From the NCBI RefSeq assembly GCF_902713615.1, contig NC_052147.1, forward strand, positions 141,921,885-141,985,884: DNA of 64,000 bases, written 5' to 3'. Both the position numbers and the translations under genes were made by a program. Every line of letters starts with the position of its first letter. Within the stretch, counting starts at the first letter, position 1. This DNA is from Scyliorhinus canicula. Lineage: Eukaryota. Positions 51,576-61,610 of this stretch are shown in pieces. The notes under the pieces are model-generated. The model saw nothing but the letters and a program-made list of their open reading frames with translations. It searched no databases and was not told where the DNA came from.

Positions 51576-52030
51576 TGGGCAGCACAGTGGTGCTATGGTC
51601 AGCACTGGGACTACGGCGCTGAGGACCCGAGTTCGAATCCTGCCCTGGTTCACTGTCCGCGTGGAGTTTGCACATTCTTCCCGTGTCTGCATGGGTTTCA
51701 ACCCCACAACCCAAAGATGTGCAGGTTAGGTGGATTGGCCATGCTAAATTGCCCTATAATTGATAAAAAAAACACTTAGGTACCCTGAATTAAAAAAAAA
51801 TAATTTACGAGCAGCATGGTGTCACAGTGGTTAGCACTGCTGCCTCACGATGCCGAGGACCTGAGTTAGATCCCGGCCCCGGCTCACTGTCTGTGCAGAA
51901 TTTGCACATTCGTTCCATGTCTGCCTGGGTCTCAACCCCACAACGCAAAAAGATGTGCAAGGTACGTGGATTGGCCACACTAAATTGCCCTTAATTGGGG
52001 AAAAAAGAAATGGGAACTCTTAATTCATAT
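51576..52030 (+). mobile_element. Two tandem short V-SINEs (the first inserted into the head of the second)
   Basis: 14-bp TSD ataatttacgagca (51562-51575, 51800-51813). Confidence 0.88.
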
Positions 52031-54288
52031 TAAATATATATAATTTATTATAATCTACTTAATTGAGGTTCCGTCATTTGTGGGTTAATCTATAAATATA
52101 GCTGTTAGGATCAATGGAGGGTATTTCAGATGCATTCAAGCATGAAGGGAAAAATAAATAATTTTGAGCACAGGGCTCCCTAAGATCACCATGCCAAGAG
52201 TAATCTTCATTTTGCCTAGGGTCGCAAGGGGAAGTCAAGAAACAGGATCTCCAACTTGGGGGGAGGATCCCAGGATCAATCCCTTTATCCACAGCCCCAG
52301 CCCACCCAATCTCTTGGACCTTTGCCCCCTGCCCCCCCCCCCCCCCTTGGCAGCCTGGCAACGGCAGAGGGACACATATGGTAATTGCCGATTCCTTTGA
52401 TCCACTTGCGATTCAGTGCTCCGGACTAGGGTGTCACTTCAGAGTGTCAGTGCCAGGGGGCAGTGCACCACTGGCAGGGAGCAGGGCCTGAAGGGGGGTG
52501 GGTCTGAGGGGGAGCCTGGCTGGGGAGGGGGGGCTGACTGAGGAGTGGGGGTGGGGGGAGGTTGGCTGAAGGGGGAGGTCTGGAGGGTCGGTGGGTGGTT
52601 TTGTTAGCAAAAGATTATCAAGCCAGGTTTCACTCTGCCGGATGATTGATCCACTATTAGCATCAGCTGAAATTGCAACAAAACAGTACATTTGAAATAG
52701 CTGGAAGAAGAGCAGGGCCAAGGCAATGCTTGCAAACCATGATGGCTGAGGTATTGCAGGTAGGTGAACCGTTTCTCTCAAATCACCGGGACCGTGCCTG
52801 AGTGACCAGACGTCCATTCTGATAAACTAAAAGTGGGAGGTTTGGGAAGCTGAGGAATAGTTGAAGTGGATAACACAGATGCATTTACTATAGAAGATGG
52901 CATTCGTTTATGTTGTACTTCAAAGTGTTGGTCACCGTTAGTAGCTAGGGGTGGGTCTGGGGGGTTCGGGTGGGCAGACGGAAGTGGGGAGGGAGTTAGA
53001 GGGGTTGGTTTTTTTTTCTATGGGAGGAAGGGGTTTGTGATTGGGGTGGTGCGTTATTTTGGTGTTATATATAAAATGAATGTCTGAATAATTTTTTTTT
53101 TAAACTGATACATTTAAGAACATGAGGGAGAAAGGAATAGAAGGACATGCTCATCCAGCAGGAGGAGTTTTGTTTGCAACATAAATACCAGCAGAGACAT
53201 AGTGGGCTGTTTCTCTACTTGCTGTCATTTCAACGCAAGATAGCTTTCCACTCCAGGAGCTGAAGCAGGTAGCCAATGACAGTCTGTAACAAACCGCATG
53301 TGGGGTAACTCCTTGGAGTCGATCAGCACGGAACTCTGACACTTTGCCAAAGGTCGAGGATTCACGCGGAGTGGATTATCACAAGTTGCAAGATCCTGCA
53401 TTCCCTGACTCCATCATGCAGGAGTGGTGACCTTCTCTGCACTTAATTACTAAAGTTTCATAAAAAACTTGTGCCTGTCGTCATATCCATGAATGAGCAA
53501 CAGAACTTGGTTTGAAGACTTGATTTTCTGTAAAGAATACAGCACGGAAGTCTCTAACTTAATTTTCGTAATATGTAGCAGGGTAAAATTGTAATGCCAC
53601 ACAAAGTAAATTGCAACAGGCATGAGAATAACAGTAACCCATTAATTGTATCAGCTGAGTTCATGCAGGCTATCTAGATCACTGATTAGACGTCAGCATG
53701 AGAAACCATTTCTTTTGGTGCGGATGGAACAACACAATTTCAGAGTGGGGGGAAATGACTTTTGCGTGTATACCCTTTTCCCAATAGAGAGGGGTATGGA
53801 GGATGAGAAAGGTAAAACATGCATGCAAAAATATGCAGCACAGAGTAAGAGAGCTATAAAGAAAGGCATAAGAAAAAAGGTAATTAGAGAACAAGTACAG
53901 AGGTAGAGAGTAAGAAATACACAATGCAAACGAGCCAAACAAAATACTTTGAGGCAAAAGCAAATATACAGAAAGAAAGAGAAAACTATCAAAGAAATAT
54001 CAATAAACACACAGAAAATAGGCTTCGTAGCCACACATAGAGCAAAAGTAACATTCAGACACAGTCCCCTGACTGTCACATCAAGAAAGTTAAAACGCAG
54101 ATACTGTTTGCAAAGAAATACTCGCAGCTTCAACACATTTGGATGGAAGCTGTTTTTAGCTCCAAACACAAAGCTCAAACAAACAAACATTGTTCCTGGG
54201 TTACTTTCTACCCAAGACCCTGAAATTACTTCTCAAATGACGCCAACCGTATAAAGATCCCATGCAGGAAGAACAACAAATAAATAAA

Positions 54289-54387
54289 TCACACAAAATA
54301 ATCCCAGTCCATCAGCCTCTCTCTTCTGTTCTCTGATGTGCTCATTAAACAGCGTAAGAAGAGCATGGTACAGCTGTAGCTATTTAA
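54289..54387 (-). CDS. Candidate alternative terminal exon
   Basis: Strong acceptor ttcctttggttgtatctcttgcag; phase 0 reads LNSYSCTMLFLRCLMSTSENRRERLMDWDYFV*, phase 2 reads S*. Confidence 0.3.
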   Translation of the reverse strand, partial: LNSYSCTMLFLRCLMSTSENRRERLMDWDYFV

Positions 54388-55723
54388 CTGCAAGAGATAC
54401 AACCAAAGGAAATGATGGCAGTTCAGAGAGTTAGTGGAATGTAAAAAAGATTATTAACATGTTTGAACTACTTTTGTCTGTTGGGCTGGGTAATGATTTG
54501 GGGCCTGGTTCTGCACTGGAAATTTTATTTATCTTTCCATGTCTCCATGTGTTTATTTATAACGTGCAGTTTCTCTCTTGAGAGAATGCGTTAACGGACA
54601 GATCCGTTAATTAGCTGCAGCAAGCCCACCCACCTCCAGAGACCGAAAGAAGATAAAATGAACAGGAAATGTTTGGAAGACTAACTGATCACAAACACTT
54701 GCTGCCTTTTTGCCTCGGAACAAAATAATGATAAAACTTGTAATCAGCAAGTGCATGTGGTTTTTTTTCTCCAAGGTTTTAGGCATGTCGTGCTCATCCA
54801 GATAATGGGTGTAAGTACAGTGAAGTGAACTAATCTCACATTTGAGTTCAGTGACTTGGGTTCAGCGATAGGCATTATACCTTAAACAAAGCTTGGTGTT
54901 GGGCGTAAACTTCTCAAACCCTTTTTCAGTTTTACTTTCCACACACTGGACTCCAGCAAAAGGACTGGTGATTTAATCACTGCCACTATTTAAAGGTGCC
55001 TTTTTTCTTTTTCATGGGGGATTTGAGTGACACCCTCCCACCCCAATGCATTTCATCTCAGACCTTAAATCTCATGCGAGAGAAGACCATTATGCATTTA
55101 GTTTTTGATGGATATAAAGGTGCCGAAGCCTCAATGCAGGTGAAAGGTTAGTGCGCCAACCACCTCGGATGCAAAGGTAGGCCCCATTGTTTGAAACCAT
55201 ACTGGGATTCTCTGCTGTCCTTATTTCTCATTAGCCACCTTGGAGAAGTAGATGCAAAACACACATGATAACTTAATTTCTTTGTGTTAGTAAGATTGAC
55301 TTTACTGGACAAAATGCATTTCATACTCATAACTTAAATTACTAGCTGGAAAATGTCATATCCGTACAGTTTTATAACAGAGGAGGAAGCTATTCAGCCC
55401 ATCAAGCTTGTGCAGACGCATTGAAAAAGGTCCCCAGTTAGTGTCACTCTCTTGCTCTTTTCCTAAAGCCCTGCATTATTTTTCTTAAGTATATATTCAA
55501 TTGCCTTTTTCAAGTTATTACTCAATCTATGGACGAGATTCAAGTTAGTCCAGGCTGGAAATCTCACCGAGGGTGGTGAGGGCCAGGAAGGAATGTTGTT
55601 TCAGATAGGCCTGGAGAGCCCATCAAATCGGTCTGCCTCGCAACCCATCCCACCCCACCCAAACCTTGCCTGATATCAGTCTGCGCATCTAAGGTTACCA
55701 GTCTTCCCACATGGCATAGGCCT

Positions 55724-56199
55724 TGTTTTGTTATGTTCTTGATGTAGCATCAGCTGCTTCCTTGATGTGCACTCTGACAAAGGAAGGTTCAGACTTGGAG
55801 ATAGCTTTAACACATTTATTAAACTGTTAACAATTCTCCTACTTGGATTCGACTCTCCTGTTAATCCTGTTATAGCTATTCAGACTGATGAACCAGTCTG
55901 CTACAATCCACATAGTGGGTGTGATGTGTTTCAAATCAACCCTGTTTACTCACTGAGTGTCTCCACTGGAAAGAGGAAGATCATGTGTGCTGTGTCCTTT
56001 TATATGGATTGGTGTAATGCCCTCCTGTGGTAGTGTCACCTCTGTGTGTATCGTGAATGCCCATTGGTCGTCTCCTATCTTACTGACCTATTGGTTGAAT
56101 GTCTGTGTGTCATGTCTCTAGTGCTCCCTCTGGTGTCTAGCTAGTCTACGTGTATTTACATTAACCCCTTCTGTAGTTACAGTGACGCATATCACCATA
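55724..56199 (-). repeat. 3' LTR
   Basis: Direct repeat of 58731-59207, preceded by the PPT. Confidence 0.93.
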
Positions 56200-58149
56200 T
56201 CCCCCTTTCTTTCGTGTTACATATTTTCTATACACTGTTAAAGAAAATTGAACAAAAACAGGTAGATCAGTGATGCTCTGCACAAGTTATGATAACAGTG
56301 ATCATTAAACAATAAGTCCAAATCATATGTATGAGTCAAAAATTAATTAATTATTATGGTTGAGTGTCTTTTTTATTTGGTTGGTGAGGTGGTGATGTTG
56401 ATGGTTTTGTAAACACCATCAGTGTCCCTTTGCGTAAAGGACCAAGAAGTGGTCAAATCACTTTGTTGTCTGATTTGGAGTCTTTTTTTCTTCCGATGCT
56501 TGTGGTAGCAATGTATGCAATCTGTGTCATCCTGCCCTGGTATGTCATTGTACTGAGCTGAGCAGTAACAGTGTCCCACATTTGCAGAGTCATACCATGT
56601 TGTACCAGTCGTAGTTCCAGTGGCGTTGTGTTTGTTATGCTTGTTGTCGACGCTGTTGCCTTTGGTACGCTTCTGGATGTTGCTGTTGTGTTGGTGGTTT
56701 TGTTGTCGTGTTTGTTGTGCTCAAGGACCACACTCTGTGGATAATACGAGTCCTTCACACAGTAACTCGTGTCAGTGTGCTTTGTGGCATCTGCTGTTGC
56801 CTTGAGCGTGCCGTCACTGAGTTCACAGCGCACCCCATCTGGAGTCATGTCCGGCTTACTTGAATCAGCTTTGACTTGTCGATTCTCCCCGTCTGGAGAT
56901 GGTCTGTTTCACCTGAGTCAGTTTTGGCTTCTTGCCGCTCCCCGTCCGGAATCATTGCAGGTTCACTTGAATCTTCTGAGTTTTCGTGAGGCTTCCCATC
57001 CGGAGCCAAAACATTCAGGAATTAATTTGCTTGCGGAGAGGCTCGAGCGGATGAGGATTGAATTAACATGGTGTCACCAGAGTCACCAGTAGTCTCACTG
57101 TGATTGTCGAATGCCTCTATACATTCTAGCTGAGGTTTGTCACGTTGCACATCGTGTATGGGAAGTGGGATGCCATTGTCACTTGTCTCACATACAGTGG
57201 GTAGAGCCTCAGTGTCTTCTTGACTTTCATTTGAGCTGCGTAGACTGTCGGAGTCTTCTTCTGTTTCACTGGAGCGTGGTAGACTGTCATAGTCTTCTTG
57301 TTGTGCACTTGAGCATGGCAGACTGTCATAATCTTGCTGTTGTTCACTTGAGCGTGGCAGACTTGCATTGTCTGCTGCTGGTTGCTCAGAGGAGGTTGCT
57401 AGACCCTCATGGTCTTGTTCATGCAAGGACTGCGCTTTGGAGCCTTGCGTCCCTTCCATCATGGAGGCTATCCACGAGCTCGCTGTGGAGGCTTGTGTCA
57501 CTCGAGTCGATTCTTGTTCATGCAAAGACTGTGCTCTGGAGCCTTGCATTGCTTCTACTGTGGAGGCTGTCCACGAGCTCACTGTGGAGTCTTTCATCAC
57601 TTTGTGTGTGGAGGCTGGGACCCTTCGTGGTGCGTGGACCACTCTCTGTGTGGAATCGGGGACTCTTTATGTTGCGCAGACCACTCTCTGTGTGGCAGCA
57701 GGCCGCTCTCTGTGGGCTTGTACCGCTCTCTGTCTCTTGGCGTCAGGCCGCAGCATAATCCTGCACTCACGAGTCGGGTGTCATATATGCTGGGCTGAAG
57801 ATTCCCCAAACCGAAGAACTCGCCATCGGGGTCTTCAATGTACAACACATCTAGTTGTGATTGGTACTGGGGTAGCCACCTCCTAAGGTGAAATCTTCGT
57901 CTGAGTCGTTGTCTTCCAAGACCATATCATCACGTTTTGTGTCGGAGCTGGCATTGGGCTCGCAATGTCCAAGGAAGTCATAGTCTTCAAGGACTGTATC
58001 ATCCCTTCGGTGGTGCTAACTGCTTGTTACAGGGTTCTGCGGAGGTTACTTTCAGCTACTGGTCTAATTTCAGGCATTGTGCTGTCTTCAGGTGAAAGAA
58101 TCGGCTTTTACGGCTTTAAAACTTTTTTTTCGAGTTTTGGGACATTTTC

Positions 58150-58300
58150 CCTTTAAGTGGGCGTGGTCCGGGGCCTCTGACGTCACGATGCGTATGACGT
58201 AGGTTGTAGGAAGCGATTGGGCATGCGCAGATCGCTGTTCATTTACTTGGGGCCTTTTTCTCAACTATGCATGTGCAGCACCTTTACCAAGATGGCTGCA
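58150..58300. promoter_or_regulatory. Internal promoter-like motif cluster in the LTR element
   Basis: GC box gggcgtgg 58159-66, CRE tgacgtca 58178-85, half-CRE 58195-200, ATTGG 58216-20, NRF1-like gggcatgcgcag 58219-30, YY1-like caagatggctgc 58288-99. Confidence 0.5.
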
Positions 58301-58399
58301 GTACAAAACTGCTGTTTTCTGCAATGGAAAGCCTACCTTTGCCTCGTGGTCAGTACTGGCAACTCGTTTACTGTTTTTTCTTGTATGTTCCTCGCAGAA

Positions 58400-58651
58400 T
58401 TACTGGAATTTGTCCAGGACTGCCTGGAAATTACTCTTGTTTTGCCCCTTTGAGTATTTGAAGGTCTGGCAGATGTCAGCTGCTTCTGGACCCGCGATGG
58501 TAAGTAGAAGCTTTATTTTCTCGGCATCCGCCACGCCATCTAAGTCGGACACTACCAAGTAGATCTTGAATCTCTGCCTGAACCAACACCAGTTTTCACT
58601 GAGATTGCCTTGGTACCTGAGCTGCTGTGGAACCGGAATCTCGAACATCAT
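58400..58651 (-). pseudogene. Gag N-terminal remnant
   Basis: PQQLRYQGNLSENWCWFRQRFKIYL...KIKLLLTIAGPEA...F: typical Mag-lineage Gag start; premature TAA. Confidence 0.8.
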
Positions 58652-58730
58652 CTTGCCTGGCTGCCATTGCTGGTTGTCACTGTTTGCTGAGTTGTAACTA
58701 TATGGATTTAACAGGCACGCCTGGATACCA

Positions 58731-59207
58731 TGTTTTGTTATGCTCTTGATGTAGCATAAGCTGCTTCCTTGATGTGCACTCTGACAAAGGAAGGTTCAGA
58801 CTTGGAGATAGCTTTAACACATTTATTAAACTGTTAACAATTCTCCTACTTGGATTCGACTCTCCTGTTAATCCTGTCATAGCTACTCAGACTGACGAAC
58901 CAGTCTGCTACAATCCACGTGGTGGGTGTGATGTGTTTCAAATCAACCCTGTGTACTCACTGAGAGTCTCCACTGGAAAGAGGAAGATCATGTGTGCTGT
59001 GTCCTTTTATATGGGTTGGTGTAATGCCCCCCCTGTGGTAGTGTCACCTCTGTGTGTATCGTGAATGCCCATTGGTCGTTTCCTATCTTACTGACCTATT
59101 GGTTGAATGTCTGTGTGTCATGTCTCTGGTGCTCCCTCTAGTGTCTAGCTAGTCTATGTGTATTTACATTAACCCCTTGTGTATTTACAGTGATGCATAT
59201 CACCACA
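58731..59207 (-). repeat. 5' LTR
   Basis: Two CCAAT boxes, TATA (catataaaag ~59004-59013) and AATAAA (58822-58827) on the minus strand. Confidence 0.93.
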
Positions 59208-61387
59208 TGCCTCCCTACTCGCCATTACCCCACACAGTACCCGAACCCCCTGCCCCACCATGAGGACGTAGCACGTTGTCGATTCCTTAAGTCACCGACA
59301 TCAAGAGTTCTTTCAAAACTATCTGCAATATTTTCATCAAAGATGAGTGGGGCGATGTGGCAAAGTTCTTGTGCCATACTGCCAACTCTTGACACCATCC
59401 AGAATGTTGAGAGTTCCGTAAATCACCACGAAAGATAATTTATTGCTCGGCTCAGCAGCTACATACAGTACTTGAGCTCTGCCCGCCATGTGACCTCTTA
59501 TGTAGCCACGTACTCACGTGACCACTCAATTTACAGGCAGGTTGAGGCCCTTAGGTATTTGCCTGATGTACATATAAACATGACGTTTATCTTATTATAA
59601 CAGATAGGAGTCGACTATGTAATGAACAAGAAAAAAGTAAAGAACTTGCATTTATGCAGAGAGTTAATTTTTAAAATGCGCCAACTGAAGAGTCTTAGGA
59701 TGTTTTTCTATGCTACCTGAATGAGAACATCTCTGGGCAAGTCACCAATTCAAGAGGAGAGAAGAGGAAGAATAATCTGTGATCACAATACATTTAAAAT
59801 AAAATACACCACAGAAATTGAATTGGCATCTTAAGTAAGGCCAAAAGAGACCCTCCAGGAAACCATACAAACTCGAGCAGCAACAAACAGTTCAACAAGG
59901 TCACGGCAATTATTATAGTGCAGATAATGTGCCAATGCATCTGGAAGAATCACTATTGATATAAAAATGGGCACTTTAACCTGCTTTCAACTGGAAGATA
60001 ATGAATATGAGTATCCTTTGTCCAGTGGTGACAAGATCTCAATATGACCACATTGTAAAGCAATGACAAAATTCTTTAATTATCAAAGTTATTTACTTTT
60101 ACTGCAGTAGTTTATTTACCAATCAGACTTTGACTGAATCCAGATTGCAAAGCGGCTCTCGCACTAAGTTGTTAGGGGATGTAAAAAATGTACTGGATCA
60201 ATAATTGTAAGACAGATCCTGTGGCTTTCATGGAAACATCATCATTTCAAGTGTGGTGATTAAATGATGCGGTTCCCTCTCTGCACTCCGAAACAGGTTT
60301 GATTGGCTAGCAACTACCTGACTGCATTTTCCTAATATAAATATCAATATATATTTTCCTTTCTTCTGCTCACTCCTTCCTCAACCTCCACGCACCCTCC
60401 CCATCCCAGGCGCTCACCATTTACCTAGCTGGAAAAATGAGTTCCTGTCTGGTTCTGGGGAAAGAGCCTGGGAGGGTGGAAACTAATCTGTTCGCTCTTT
60501 CATTGGATGAATAGCCACCTTCTGCACTGTACAATAGGATGAATCTTGAGCTATCTCTGGTGAAAGTAATCTCGGTCTCTCTTCGAGTGCTACTCCCACC
60601 TTTGCTATTTGATCCCCTTATCCGCAACGGTAACTCAGTCACCATCAGAATGCCGTTGTCTGGGGCAAGGGTGGGCGGAGGTTGGTCAGGTTCAGGTTCC
60701 AGATGGTGGGACTTTGGGCAATGACCCGCACACAGTTTTTATTTCCAAACACATTTTAAAACTAAAAAACTTACCCTTTGAAGGCCAGTAGTGGCAGCGA
60801 TTTTCGTCTTCCCCCAGTTGGTTTGATCAGAATATCTCAACCTGTGAGATTATTATTTACTCTGAGTTCAGAGTATTACTTACATGCAATCTTAATTAAC
60901 TTTAATGCACGATAAACAGATGCTGTCCTTTTTTTCAAATAAAGATCAAGGGGAAAATTGATCACATCAAGGGAAGTCGAGCACTAAAAGGAAATTGATT
61001 CAGTCTTCTTATAGAAGCCACCCCCCCCCCCCCCCCCCCCCCCCACCCGCCCGCCCAGGAAATGGAAGATCTTTTTGACATACGCAGTCTTAAAAGTAGG
61101 CCCTAACATTCAACTCATCATGGCTGCATCCTTTTCATTCAATCGCTGTGGGAAACAGCACAGGACACACATCGTGAAACAGAGCTTCTTCCATGGCAAA
61201 ACAAAAAATAAAATGGCATATTTAAGGAATTAGAGCTGACAGGCTATATTATCTTTGAACTCCAGGTGCAGTTGCTATCACATAGTCATTACTTCCTCAT
61301 TTGAACATTGGGTAGACTGAGGGATCATTTTATTCCAACAGTTTATTCTGTATCCTTGCTTTTCCTTTCACTACATGTTTGTAAGCC

Positions 61388-61610
61388 ATAGAACCACTAC
61401 AGTGTAGAAGGAGGCTATTCAGCCCATCAAATCTGCACTGACCCGCTGAAACAGCACTCTCCAGAGGCCCACTCCCCCACCCTATCCCCATATTCCCATC
61501 TAATCGTTGGACCCTAAGGTGTAATTTAGCATGGCCAATCCACCTAACCTACCCATCTTTGGACTGTGGGAGGAAACTGGAGCACCTGGAGGAAACCCAC
61601 GCAGACACAG
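61388..61610 (-). mobile_element. 5'-truncated HE1 SINE
   Basis: CR1-type tail and V domain, reversed. Confidence 0.8.

Larger units (their letters stand above)
55724..59207 (-). mobile_element. Non-autonomous Ty3/Gypsy (Mag-like) LTR retrotransposon
   Basis: LTRs 58731-59207 and 55724-56199 (~20 differences by eye, ~96%); TG...CA ends; 5-bp TSD ggcct/tgcct; PBS TGGTATCCAGGCGTG resembling the tRNA-Leu(UAA) complement; PPT aaagaaaggggga; no pol. Confidence 0.93.

Noticed and set aside
53693-54254. Overlapping long ORFs (165 aa minus, 101 aa plus)
   Set aside because: They reflect A/U compositional skew; non-ATG starts and no recognisable domain.
55881-55900. cagaCTGATGAaccagtctg in the LTR as a hammerhead core
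   Set aside because: A simple hairpin; no helix II/GAAA/NUH in the required arrangement.
57111-57886. Plus-strand ORFs (215, 172, 129 aa) in the LTR element
   Set aside because: Antisense shadows of frame-preserving tandem repeats; the element's polarity (PBS, gag, PPT) is minus.
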